56,475 nucleotides of DNA, filler included, from Sphacelaria rigidula (GCA_964200075.2; 7 parts of 7 records of this genome joined end to end with filler, not necessarily neighbours in it), one strand, 5' to 3'. Shown: positions 10,208-22,566, numbered from the whole stretch's first letter. Numbers and translations: made by a program. The notes: a model not told the origin generated them from the sequence alone.

Positions 10208-13200
10208 GTGAGCAGAGATACCACTTGCCGAGTAGACGACGAATGAAAGGAAATATCGCAACACACCAGGTCGTACTTGCGGGTCGATGCAAGCGAAATG
10301 ACTGGGCAACCTCGTCACGATGTTCGAAAGACTGATTCATTTCGGAGACCTCGCGCGAATATCGAGCATTCCTTGCCTGCGTGTTGAGAGCCAGTTTCAG
10401 CAAACACTTCTTGGGTACAAGTTGTGCAATTGTTGATGCCGATGCAAATAAATGCAAGCCAAGGTTTCCACACAACACGTGGCCAATCGTCTCTCCTTAG
10501 AATTGCTTTAGAGTATATTGCATACTCTAAAGGATATATATATATCCTCTGGAGTGTTCAGACTCTTACAGAGCATACGGCATGTGAACGCTCTAGAGTG
10601 CAAATATGCCGTTGGAGTTACTTACTGTAATGCATAGGAGGATCGCGTGCTCAGGGGACCGTAACGAAGTTTCAACACCCCTATGGTTAGGGTTAGGGTC
10701 GTGGTTATGGTTAGGGCTAGGGCTAGGGTTAGTGTTGGAGTTAGGATTAATGTTGGGATTAGGGTCAAGGGCGTGGTCCCTTCAGGGGCTGGCCCGATTG
10801 GTTTCGAAAATCGTCGATCCTGAGGTGTTTTCAACTACGATGCGCTCCCCTGAGCAAGCAGTTCTCTCACGCGTCACACTTACCACAAGTTTTGTACCTC
10901 GAGAGTATTTCAGAAAGGGAAAACTCTCTCGAGCGTCAAGATTGCCCGAGAATATACGGTGTGTGAAACCTCTGGGCGGTACGTATTCCTGTAGAGGGCT
11001 TGATTTCCTCAAGAGGATTACAGAGAACTGCAAATACTCTAGAGTGAGCAACAGCGACTACAACAGACTATTACTAAATACTCGTGAGGCTCGAAAACAT
11101 ATTACGCTGGATGGGAGACGATCGACCACGTATGCAAGCTGCACCAGTTCATACCCGTCTCCTCCCATGGGGTTTTGTGAATGTATATTCTAGAACAGGC
11201 AATGCGCAATGCCTGCAGATGAAGATTCCCATGATGCTACTCGGAGTCAATGGAGACGTGGTTAGATCCCTTTGTACGTGCCCTCAGGGAGCTAACCAGT
11301 GACTGTACGATCGCCTGCTCTTGCGGTGCTACGCATCTATCAGAGGGGAGTGCGTTCGCCTGAAGAGCTTCGTGACCAACGCGTTGCTCACGAACAACGT
11401 AATTGAGCATTGCGGAGTGTACGACTTCCGCTTTGACGACGATGGTGGGAAAAACGGCGAAGCAATTTACGTCGGGACTTCCAGTACCCAGGTGCGTCTA
11501 CGTCTCATGTGCTCGGCGGCTTGCTATGCACTGTCGGAGGTACTACTGTAAGGAAGCTGCAACTCGGGAAATGAGGAAGCAAGAATTAGATCTCGCAGAG
11601 TTATGTCGCCTGCAGGCCGTGATGCGTCCCTATTCATAGCCATCTTCAAACCAGTTGACGTGAGGAAATCTGTGAGCAACGGAGCGTGTGCTCTAACCTC
11701 GTCCCCCGGCTTCGTTGAAATCTGGTGCTGCGGTGCATGTCATGCCTTCGCCGGGTCGCGCATGTTATGGCAGTGGACCGATGGCCCTGACGGCAGCAAC
11801 TACAACGTCATCAGTCATAACACCATGACGCCGCACGGAAACGAGTGTATCGACGTGAAAGAAGGCGCAACGGGCAACGTCATCGAAGACAACGAGTGCG
11901 CCGAACAGTTGGACGCCAACTCCGGCTGCTACGGCTCAAGAGGCAGTGGAAACATTTTCAGGTGGCTGTTGCACACTTTTGATGTGTTGTGGTGAAACGT
12001 ATAGTGTGACGAAATGCTGTAGTTGGGTATGCACAGGAGTACATCAGAGATAGAGATGACGCTCCTGCCGTCTAGAGCTCTCGTGTCGGGGGCTGTTGCG
12101 CGCCGACCCCGGGATATACTTCCGACAACTTTCAGACCTCCAGACATGCAACGCGCATGAAGATTGCGTTGTCGGTCGTGCTTTCCGGCGTTCATCGGGA
12201 TCCCCCACGATACATGTTTCGACCAAGGCACTGGAAGATCAGTTTTCGCTGTGACCAGGGTCATCTCGACTACTAACATCGATACTCTGATCTTCCTAGT
12301 CCATCCTCCCTGGTAAAAGGACATGATGGCATCCTGACAACTTCACAACCTTGAGAGCCCGAATGACCACTGGCGCTTGCTCAATCCTGGTTATTGCTGT
12401 GTTCGTATCGCGTGTTCGTCTGTTCAGAAACAACCACGGTAGCCACTGCGTCGGTGCGGGAATTCGTCTAGGAGGGTGGACGGTGGACGGAGTGACCTAC
12501 GGACTAGACAACGAGGTGGGGGAATTTGTTTAGACTGGTGCGACACATGAGCGAAATGCTCATGAACGTACCCAATTGTACCGACAGACGCGCAGCAATG
12601 GAATCCTGCCAAAACGATGAGTTCATGCGAGAAAGACTGGAACTACTGAAGACTGATGCTGCCTACTCCTCGTGACCTTGCGATTCTAGATACTGCATGC
12701 AGCATCTTGTTTCGCTTACATTCATGCCACCGTTCAATGCTGAGACGCAACGCCGGTCGCCATATCCGGCCTGACATATTTGGCTAATAATATCCGCTAG
12801 CTCGAAACCGTATAGTGTCACAAAGCACCGATATCTGTGCCTCCCTGTCGCATCAGGTGTACGACAACGATTTCGATACAACGGGCAGGGGTGTCATTTC
12901 CGCTCAGGAGACTCCCCAGGGGCTGGTCTGCGGCAATACGTGCGATGAAGGCACAGGGCTTTGCGATGTCTATGGGTAAGCCTCGTTACTTACGCATTTT
13001 CGGCGTAAGTAATCTGTTGTCGCACCCCATCACTGCCGCTTGTTGTGGTATGTCCTGCCCCTCCCGCTTCATCGTGCTGGCCACTCGTGCTTCACTATTC
13101 ACATATAAGCGACGTGTTTCGTACCCCATACTTTCCCCCCCTATAGGACAAGCGAGGGGATGCTCCGTCCGTGGAGAGAACGAGTCAGGGATCAAACAGT

Positions 13201-14238
13201 CTGCTCGTAATGGCTAAGTCAAGATATTGTGCCGCTTCGATGAGGCCGACTTCAATTTCGAAAGAACCTCCCCCCCCTACGGTGCTCCGTCTCGGAAGGG
13301 ATGCGTGGTCAATGGTCAAATGACTAAGGCAAGCAACAAATGAGTACCGCCCCCCCCCCCCCTCTCTCTCTCCCCCCCGCGTCCCGACTCCTTTTGTAAT
13401 ACACAGAGTTGAAGACCTCGATGCCATCGCTACAGAATGGAATCAACCTTGCCCCGAGCCCCTGCCAGAGGTGCCTTTTGTTGGAGACTCCGTGACCACT
13501 TCGTCAGCAGAGAAAAGTGATGATGATAACGCTGTCACCACAACGTCTACACAAGAAGAACCCACAGAATCGACCCAAAACGAATATGAGAGCGACGATG
13601 ACGCCGGCACCCCGTCCACTAGCAGTACACCTGAAGAGTACGCACCAGTAGAGGGAGATGATGATGGTGATGATACTACCGCCACGGCCTCTCCATCTTC
13701 ACAACAAGAGTTTACATCGACGACATTGACGGAGGAAGAGCAAGAGAGTGAAGACGACGACTCTGGTGTCTCATCTACATCAGCACCCACCACGCCCGCC
13801 ACGCAAGCGTCTACGACAGCAGAAGGAGACGATGATGAGCCGGACGAAATGACTCCCTCATCTTCCCAAGAGTCCACGGCAACAGCGGAAGAGTATGAAG
13901 GAGAAATCGAGGACGATGACAGCACCGAGCTGTCCACAGAAGACCTGTCCACAACGACCGCCGAGGAAGAACAGCAAGGCGACGATAGCGGTGATGACGA
14001 TGATAGTGAGGAGGAGGAAACCACTCCCTCATCTTCGCAAGAGTCCATGGCAACAGCGGAAGAGTATGAAGAAGAAGTCGAAGACGATGACAACACGACG
14101 TCATCCACGGAAAACCTGTCCACAACAACGGGCGAAGAAGAACAGCAAGAAGAAGATGATAGCGGCGACGATATTGACAGCGGTGACGATGTTGATGATG
14201 ATGATCGTGGCAAAGGCCGGAACAACCGTGGTGACTAA
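10035..14238 (+). CDS. Spliced gene, 5'-incomplete: right-handed parallel beta-helix (pectin-lyase-like fold) protein with an acidic Ser/Thr-rich tail
   Basis: Six exons with GT-AG borders and matching phases: 10035-10207, 11344-11491, 11774-11961, 12428-12515, 12857-12975, 13407-14238. Motifs GFTVDG, GECVRLK, KNGEAIYVGTS, GNECIDVKEG, GAGIRLGG. No start codon identified. Confidence 0.88.
10626..10878. mobile_element. Telomere-repeat MITE family 1, copy D (intronic, longest TTAGGG tract)
   Basis: TGT...ACA ends, perfect 5-bp TSD CTTAC (10621-10625 / 10879-10883), degenerate TTAGGG tract at ~10685-10770. Confidence 0.9.
11344..11491 (+). CDS. Beta-helix gene exon (GECVRLKS...GTSSTQ)
   Basis: atcag acceptor, gtgcgt donor, phase 2 to 0. 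Confidence 0.88.
11774..11961 (+). CDS. Beta-helix gene exon (WTDGPDGS...SGNIFR)
   Basis: ggcag acceptor, gtggct donor, phase 0 to 2. Confidence 0.88.
12428..12515 (+). CDS. Beta-helix gene exon (NNHGSHCVGAGIRLGG...LDNE)
   Basis: ttcag acceptor, gtgggg donor, phase 2 to 0. Confidence 0.85.
12857..12975 (+). CDS. Beta-helix gene exon (VYDNDFD...LCDVYG), absent from the ORF track
   Basis: atcag acceptor, gtaagc donor, phase 0 to 2. Confidence 0.82.
13407..14238 (+). CDS. Beta-helix gene terminal exon: acidic Ser/Thr-rich repeats ending RGD-stop
   Basis: acacag acceptor, in frame with ORF 13471-14238. Contains an internal ~60-aa duplication (TPSSSQES.ATAEEYE...STTT.EEEQQ..DDSGDD). Confidence 0.85.
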
Positions 14239-16167
14239 GACGTATTTTATTGTCGAAGATGGCTGTCTTCTAGTGCAGCAGCATCCGCCATTGAGACCCT
14301 CAGCAGCTCGGTACTGCACGTTCGATGTGCACAACCGTGTGCTCGGTGTGATCGTATGGTAGGGGCAGGAATAACGCTGCACGAAATACAAGGCTGTATG
14401 ATGTACAACCCATCACGCTCTTTACGCGGAAGTGGTCTGCCTATGTGTTTTGCTGTGGAGTAGATGTAATAGACGGAACGTTAGCTACCTCCAGCACCAC
14501 CTCAAATGGCTCCTTCCTGTCAGAAACAGCCCGAGCTTCCCGCCTACCCCTCAGGGTACGACGATATCTCGTGAGAGTGTCATGTTAGTGTAGTATGTGG
14601 TGCGCTGATTTGATCTGGGATATTTATTGGCGTGCATAAACCAGGGTCGAAGATGGGTTGGTCCCTTCAGACAATGGACTCACCCCAAGAAATGGGGGGG
14701 GGCGGGGGGCAGCGTAATGAAAAAACAAAACATGTATAAAGTTGAAGTAACAGTACCGAATAGCGTGTGTTGATCATATTTACCCAGGCCTTTTACCGAA
14801 ATTCAGCGGGGGGTGGGCATGCGGTACCGAGGGTGTGCCGTGGGGCTAGGGCAGTGTTCGAAGTCTTGCCGAGATGCAGCAGTTCTAGGAAATTATTGCT
14901 GGGAGAAGGAAGGCTGGTCTTCGAAGAATGCAAGTTCTGAAGATAGTGAGGAGGAAGAGTGAAGCTGAACCGAGCCGGGTGGGGCAGGCGCTGATTTGTT
15001 TTCGACTTTGGGGTTTGCACCCGACTAGCTGCCAATGATCGGCATGCGCGGGACATGCCGCGGTGGGGGAGGGGCGTACTCATCTGTTGCTTGCCGTAGT
15101 TAAGTTGTTCGACCATTGACCACGCACCCCTTTCGAGACGGAGCACTGCTGCATGGGGGTGGAGATTAGAGATCAGGTGATGACGAAAGAAACCCGAGGC
15201 ACGGAGAGGGAGAGAGGAACCTTCATCGTGTGGCGAAAACCGAAGTGTGTCTGTAGGTGCAATGGCACGCCCGTCGGCGAGGAACAGGGCTAGGGATATC
15301 GCAGCTATTATTAGTGTTGATGATCAAAAGTATATATGAGGGTAGTGTTTGGCAGTCACGTTCTACGTGCACGAGAAAGCTTGTGCTTGCAGCATGTAGT
15401 GAAGATGGTTGTTTCGTTCATGGTGTTGTGGTGGTTTATCTGTGATGTGTGTTGTCGACGTCGTTTGGTGTCAGCACCTGCGTCGTTTAGGCAAAGCGTG
15501 CGCTTGAGTTGAACAATGATGGTCCACTCGTGTGTCTAATTTGTGTTGTCTCCGTGTTCCCTTGACGTCTTGTTGCGTGGCGATTCTTTGTGGCCCCATT
15601 GCAGGGAGAAACGTGTGCATTCAACAGTGTCGTCTGTCTGTTCACTATGCCGTGTGCTGTGGTAGTGGTGGTGTGATTTGCTGTCTGGCCTTCCGTGGTA
15701 TTTCTTGTTTTTGGGCATAGCAGATGTGAAGTTGGCCACTAACGGTCCTGTTTTGGCCAATGATGAAACATTTCGTGTTGAGTATTTCAGTATTGCGTGG
15801 TATGGTGGTTGCTGGAACGACCAGTCTTAGCCAGACGCCGGTAATCACCAGTGTGTCGCTTCATGGTTGTTTGCCCGCTTGTCACCCGTGAAAATGCTTG
15901 TGCGTACATATAGACAGTACCAACCCATCGAGAACCTTCTGATATCGCCCTATAATAATATTGGGGGGGGGGGGGGGGGGGATGTTTTTACACACAATTT
16001 GATGTGGTGAGTGAGAAGAACTTTTTGGGGGATTTTTTTTTGATGCGGATTGGTTCCCCAGGTCGGANNNNNNNNNNNNNNNNNNNNNNNNNNNNNNNNN
16101 NNNNNNNNNNNTTAATTAATTAANNNNNNNNNNNNNNNNNNNNNNNNNNNNNNNNNNNNNNNNNNNN

Positions 16168-16448
16168 CGCAGCTTAATGTTACGGCAGATGTCAAGGATG
16201 TGTTCCAGCACGCTTTTAACCAGGGGCAATTTCAGATGGCTGGGATTGTTCGCGTGGCAGAGGCGAAGGATCGTTCGTTGATCGTATTGGTCGACTGGGT
16301 AGGTTTTGAAATCGAGGAGCGTACGTGGGAGCCTTTTAGAAATATTTCTGAGGAAGCTCCGGAATTTCTCAAGAAGGAGTTGCGTAAGGTGCGAGTGACT
16401 CGTTCCATTGCTGCTCGCATTACGCGTGAGTTTAGGATCCAGTGGTAA
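16168..16448 (+). mobile_element. Gypsy (chromovirus-like) pol C-terminus with chromodomain
   Basis: LVDWVGFEIEERTWEPFRNISEEAPEFL matches the chromodomain pattern and lies just upstream of an LTR-like sequence. Confidence 0.75.
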
Positions 16449-16527
16449 CTTGCTCAATCGTTTTGGCGTTAGTTTTCTGAGTGTCAAGCTTGTTGCTCGA
16501 TTCTTGTCCAACGCGCTTCGGGGGTGC

Positions 16528-16776
16528 TGTGACGAAATCACGCTGTCACGGTTGAGTATATAGTGGATCCTGGATGATGACCAGTGGACAAGGGCATCCT
16601 GTGGATGATGACGCTTGCTGTGTAGCCCAGGCTTGATGGTACGGGGCTGCAGGTGTTCACTCCGATAATGATTAGTTGTTGTGAAGGCTGACAACTAAGA
16701 CCTTGAGGCCAGTGGAGCTGGAGAGTCCCTCAACAGCATTCAGACGTTGCAGTACTAGCAACCTGCTAGCGTCACA
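16528..16776 (+). mobile_element. Probable 3' LTR of the Gypsy element
   Basis: Begins TGTGACG after a short G-rich tract and ends CGTCACA (7-bp terminal inverted repeat). Confidence 0.6.
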
Positions 16777-17149
16777 GCTCCTAACAATTCTAACCTCAGA
16801 AAATATTTGTGTACCCCGACCGTAGCATCACTCCCGACTTGACCTTAAATCGCTTTTTGGTGCATGGGAGTCAGGATTCCTTTCGTGCTATTTGGACTAC
16901 CGGCTTTTCGTCGGGGTATATGTTCCCCTCGAGCGTGCATGCTGGTAAACAAGTATACCTCCGGGTATTGCTTTATAGTATGGCCGTGTGTATATATGCT
17001 GGCAGCCAATATATAGACGTGGCCAATCGGCTCCTCCCTGGAATCTCACCATAGTGTTTTTCCCACTCTAAAAGGCAAAATGGCCCTCCGGAGGATGAAA
17101 TACCCTCTGGCGGATCATAATGCCTTTGGAATAGACCGTAAACGAAGCC

Positions 17150-20100
17150 GCTAGAGGGCGCATGATCCTCTTGAGCATATGGTTCTACGGAGGGTGCTTC
17201 TGGGGAATTTGGGAAAACAACAATCCTCTCCAGTGCGTAAATTTACCTGTGGAGTTCGCACTACATCAGGCCTCTGGACGACACTTAACAGTGAATCCTG
17301 GAAAATGGGGTAAATCTCAAACATGATGTTCAAATGGCAAATCATTTTGCAGGGATGACGCGAAACAGTTACACAGAGCGAAACCATCTTTGTCCCCAAA
17401 ACTCTGCAGCAGTGAGGCAGTTGTGGCTAGGTGCACCGAACGAATGCCGTGTACACGCGTGTCGATGACGATATCACCAGAGAGAGAAGCAACGACAGAG
17501 AGAATGCTCCTCGCTCGTGTCCTTCGTGTGTCCTCGCTCGGCGATTACCAATTGCTCGAGAGACTGGCATTATGCATGTTACCAGCATGTACCCAATTTC
17601 TCGTGTAGCGGTAGGCATGTTATATTGCTGCGCACAGCCCCCCATAGAACATCGAGGTGCGGAGGGAACTCGTCTCTTGTTGTCTGTAGAGCTCACCAAT
17701 GCAAAGATCGATTTCTCCCTGCCTCTCTTTTTGGACAGGGCGCACCTCTATGCGCTGCAGAACACGTCGTTGAAAGACAGGGCGATGTTCCCGTCACCGA
17801 TACTGTTTTCTGTCACACACATGCCAGCAAGGACGGTGCTGCGGTAATAACATATCCAATTTGAACTTGCGAGGTGTTATTCATCGTTGATTTTACCCGA
17901 CATGAGACCATCTGGGTGCCCGATCACAAGAGCGTGTCACACGCCAGTTGGGAGGGTGTATGAGAGATCAAGCACTTGTGGAGACCTTCTTGACATGCGG
18001 AGTGAAAAGAGATACCTATGGTGGTGACCTAACTGTTGCTAGCGTGGTGCGGAGGGGTGCGTCCATGCTGCAACCTGCAGCACACACTGGCTTCGTGAAC
18101 ACCTCGGTCCAGTAGCTTTCCATAATTATTTCCGACGTGAGGGGGTCATGCATTACAAGCTGGGGCGAGATATAACCCCACGAGGAACAAGAGTGCTCTA
18201 TGACCAACCACTTGTTGTTGCATATGACACCCAGGTCATCAACCGCCGACCGCAAAGGTCTTGTGGCTTTCAAGCAACGCTGGCGGCAGTAAGAGAGGCA
18301 AGCCCGATTTTAGCTAGCTTTCGTTGCTCTACTGTACTAACTACCGTCTGCACAGAGGCCACCCACCGTAACAAGGTGCACCGGATTTCGCAACCGCTGT
18401 ACAAACAAAACAGTTCGATTTTCTCAACTACGTCCACATGATTTATAGGACTCTTGTTACCTGAGGGAACGTGGCCCCTTTGGGACCGTCCACACGTGCG
18501 AAGATACTGTCGAACAGCAATACCAAACTTTGCTGACATTTGACATACGGCAATTAGTACAGAACTAAACAGAAATTTACAGTTTAACGTTCTTATTTAT
18601 CAAGCAACGCGCATGAAACGGTTTGCAGGTGGGAAAACATGAATTCTCATAGAGGGAAAACTCTATGTTCCCCCATGAGTGTTACATGCGCTCGCAAAAC
18701 CTCTGTGGTCGTTCTTTCATACCTGGCGGGGGAACGAGGAAGCCCCCTTCAAAACAAGATCTTTGGCAATCTAGGCAACGGGGTCTCCGGTACAAAGAGC
18801 TCGGAACAATGGGGGCACCGCATGAACCCTGGTTGAACGCAGCCGGTACTGCCGTACATGCTCTTTCAATTGTTTTTCTTGCCTATACCATCGGTCACGG
18901 CCGCATCTTTGCCTAAATGTCAACAGAGAGAATTACGCCTCACTCTGGAGATCCTTCGGCAGCAGGGTACGACAACGCTCTCCTTCGGGACCCGTAACTC
19001 TACTGCCTCACCCCTGGCGAAGCCTAGTTCGCACCTTGTCCGAGAAACCTGAAAGCGTTTCATGCTCATGGCATCGGTGTGGAAAAGCTCTTGAAGATCA
19101 GTGTGTACGACCTCACCCTGTATTTTGGGACTTCTACCGCTGCAGTCGAAGCTGAACGACTCCGACTTGCAGTCTTGCATAGGTTACTACGCATTTCAGA
19201 GGCGATCGTGATATCAGTTACATCCACGATCCCACGCTTCTCGTGGTGCTTGATAACTGCTGGGCTAATACGACCCAGCACATAGACCACTCCGTGAGCT
19301 TTAGTCGCTGATGCTCGTCGGCAACCGTGGCGCGAGTCAAAATTCTCTGGTTCATTTTGAGTGTCGTACCATCCCTCCAACATCACGAATGAGTTCTTCC
19401 TAACGAGGTCAATCTTCGAGGCACCGTGTGCGATCCGAATATAGCTGCCTTCACTTTGGACTCCAGATTTCGAATTTGTTTCACCATGGCGGCAGATGAT
19501 ACCCGTGCTTAGGAGCCGGCACGGTAGCTCTTGAATGTACAGTATGTCTTTAAGTACAACGGTTACGGGTCTGGACGTTTCCTGTAAGGTAGTCTCCGAT
19601 ATCAAGTCTCGGATAGTCGCTTCTCGCAGTTGGCCTTCGTTCCCAAACCTTTCACGGTTAACGATGCGTATTGTTGTGAGACCATGCAATCACTGGGTCA
19701 TGTGAGCGCCCCTTCCCGAGCCGCACGATTGAAGTCTTATCCGTACTGCCGATAGACGTCGCCACGGCTGCCTTTGAGAGCTAACACATGCATAGTGAGA
19801 ATTCTTCCGGGCCTCTTTATCGAGGATTAGTCCGTGTGGACCTTGCTACGCAGGGATATTCCGCTGGTACTATACCTGACGGCTGTTTCTCTGGTGGGCT
19901 GCCGCCACTTGTAATTTATTTTGGGTAGTATGCGTACTGGTTTTTGCCGAGTCCGACGAAGCTACTGAGGTGACTACGGGCGCAGCACTTCTCTCCCATT
20001 CAGTCGACATGTACGCCCAGGAGGAGATGGCCGTCTGTTTCAACTGTTCGTAGTTCGCATTGAGCTTGGTAACGAGCCACGCGAACACCTGGGGCAGTGT

Positions 20101-20800
20101 CTCCTTGACCCCTAGCAGGATGGTACCTTTATTGTTGTCTTACAATTTATACCTCCTCGGGTCCCAAAAGTCCGATTACGATGTCGTAATGCGTGAGAGG
20201 ACCGCGTGCTTACAGGACCGCGCCGTAGGTAAAAACACCTCAGGATCGACGTTTTTCAAAACCAATCGGGCCAGTCCCTGCAGGTACCACGCCCCTGACT
20301 ATAACCCTAACACTAACCCTGATCCTAACCCCAACCATAGGGATGTTCAAATTCCGATGCGGTCCTCTATGCACGCGGTCTTCTCACGCATTACAATGTA
20401 TCCGAGCTTGATGATGAAGTTCGTCGCGCCCTCTGCTGCCGTACAATGGAGATCTCGAAGTCTTCCCTCGGGTGAGAGCAGTTTAATGGGCCGCGCGTCT
20501 CGCGCCTATTCGCTGTAGACGCGATCCAATGCCATAATCGTACCCCCTTGCCGTCTGGAGAACCAGCGCTCTCGAAGCACTCTACTATTACGACCACACA
20601 CTCGTTCGTAGCTTGCGTAAGTAAGAACCACCGCGGTTTTGAGCGCCTCGCGTATGGCTCATATAGTTGACTTTCCTGGGCCGAGGCTGTGACGGTCAGC
20701 CCCGACGCGGCGACGAAGTTTCCATTCAGAAAAGGAGAAATCCTCATCCCCATGCAGGCGTATTCGACGAGTGCCAAGCTTCAGGTTGCCCAGCTACTGG
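17150..20800 (-). mobile_element. Heavily decayed Ty1/Copia retrotransposon (gag-protease-integrase-RT order), interrupted by MITE copy E
   Basis: Fragments in Copia order on the minus strand: gag-like (~19900-20700), SGRGAHMT protease-like (~19700), VVLKDILYIQELPCRLLS, GEVVHTDL integrase start (~19100), RT-like KWL...YWTEVFTKPV...LRTTLA (18016-18273). Many stops and frameshifts; boundaries approximate. Confidence 0.65.
20186..20395. mobile_element. Telomere-repeat MITE family 1, copy E
   Basis: TIRs present, internal taaccctaacactaaccctgatcctaaccccaac, flanks atgt(c) / atgt(a). Confidence 0.9.
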
Positions 20801-22566
20801 CCCACATTTGTTCACGACACCATGTCCAGATTGATAGCTTGCGTGAGTTTGCCTCAATCTCGGTAGACATACTTGTTACGTCAGCGGAGTTGTCTTCTGT
20901 TACGCGAGTACAAGCAGCGATATATGCAGTCTATAAACGACGCCTCACTGCACGCCTTACGTGAACATATTATGGCTCTGCAAAGCCCCCTCAGGGTTGA
21001 TGGCGACCACATCGTCTCCTTGAACACACCAAGACGGTCGACACATGCGTCCCGCGAGGAACACGGTGTGCAATATTTGCTCTCGAAGGCTTGGCTCAGC
21101 GGATAGCAACGAAACTTCCTTTCTAGTCGCTTGTGTCTTTGATCGGTGCAAGGCGTTTGCCTGGTTTGGACACAGCTTCATTGTGTGCTGCTCCAGTTTC
21201 TAGGAATAGATATGTGCCTTGTTCTAGTTTCGCGCTGTATGATGTGTTGTGCCATCGGGCTCGCTTGCGTTCTTTAGCCAAGCAATGTTTACTGAGTTGT
21301 GCCAGGAATCAGGACAGGGACACCAGTGATTCTTGCCTTGCACCTTTGCTGCCTACAATCAACCCGTCCGATATTCGCCCCAACGGTCTGCTCTACGCAG
21401 TCAATCAGCCCCACAGGTATTTGCAGGATCTTTTCGAAGAGGCACGGCGTATGAAACGAGCCCTCTGTACACCCAGAACTGCGGGTCACCACGTAGGCTT
21501 ACCACTCATCAAGTATGTGCTGCAGGCCTGTACCACTTGTGTTCCAACCCGAGCTCCGGCGATTCCTAGTTCGTTTGCTGAAATTTCCAAATTGCTTTTG
21601 AAAGTTGTCGACTACAGCAGCCTTGCAAAGCAAGAAATACGACCACTTCGCTTGATACATGCGCACCAACACCGCAGGGTAGTTCGCGGCGAGGCATGTA
21701 AATCCCGTTTCTAATGAAGGAGAGACCTTCGACACACGTGCGGCGATGTGTTGTGGATCAAGTCTGAAGATATCGGGGAAACTCTGCGGGAAGCACAAGG
21801 ATGTAGCAGTTGTTCCGCAATGCGTTCACACAACGCGGGGGCGCCTCTTTACCCGTGCGCGCAGCAGTGGTGCCACCTTACGCCGACAGCTTCCGGCTGG
21901 CTACTCCACGAGCCCTCATCATGCTACCGTACAGTAGACATACACTGCTGGAACGTGCCAGGGGAGTAAGTGCGCTATACACGAGTTGGCAGTGCTCAGG
22001 GTATGATCCGTATAACGGGCCGTGTTTGTCTGCAACGCATGGCCGGAATACGCGCTGTGTCACGTGCGGGAAGGAAAGTTACTTTTCTCACGGGTTTTTC
22101 TTCACGGGATTTCCTGGAGTGGCGTGCCGTCTCTCCGCACGAAAAGAAGCCGTCGCCAAGAATGAATTTAAGCCAAGAGAAAGGAAGGATTATGCTCTTG
22201 GCTAAGTTTTGACGACAGTAGTATGCACCGAGTTCCCAACTAGTACCGCCTGATGCTGGCACTTTATCGTTACAACTTGCAGGTGACAACGAGCTTTCCC
22301 TGGTCAACACGCTTTATCTATCCCAAGAGGGGAACGTCCCGAATATACGACCGTATTGCAAGCCGTCTCCCGGACAACAAACGTTTCGGCATTATCATCA
22401 TAGGGCAAGCCCACCACCGGCTTGTTTTAAGTGTCACCGTCACCCACCTCCAACGACCCAACCCACCAGACCCAGATTAAAACATCATATGCGACACTGC
22501 ATGGCTCTTTGGCCGGTATGCACGCAACACACATGAACGAATCCGCTCCAAATTTATAGATCGAGG

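Noticed and set aside
10685-10770. True telomere or chromosome-fusion scar
   Set aside because: The tract is short, degenerate and enclosed by TIRs with a TSD inside an intron.
10606-11193. 195-aa ORF with LGLGLG repeats (similar ORFs at 9485-9784, 20060-20518, 37016-37447)
   Set aside because: These are translations of the telomeric tract and TIRs of MITEs, not genes.
13443-14225. 260-aa Ser-rich ORF on the minus strand
   Set aside because: Antisense shadow of the acidic terminal exon, which is the frame supported by splice phase.
20900-22450. Coding-like sequence next to the Copia relic
   Set aside because: No motif recognised. It may be a decayed element but I cannot support a call without a search.
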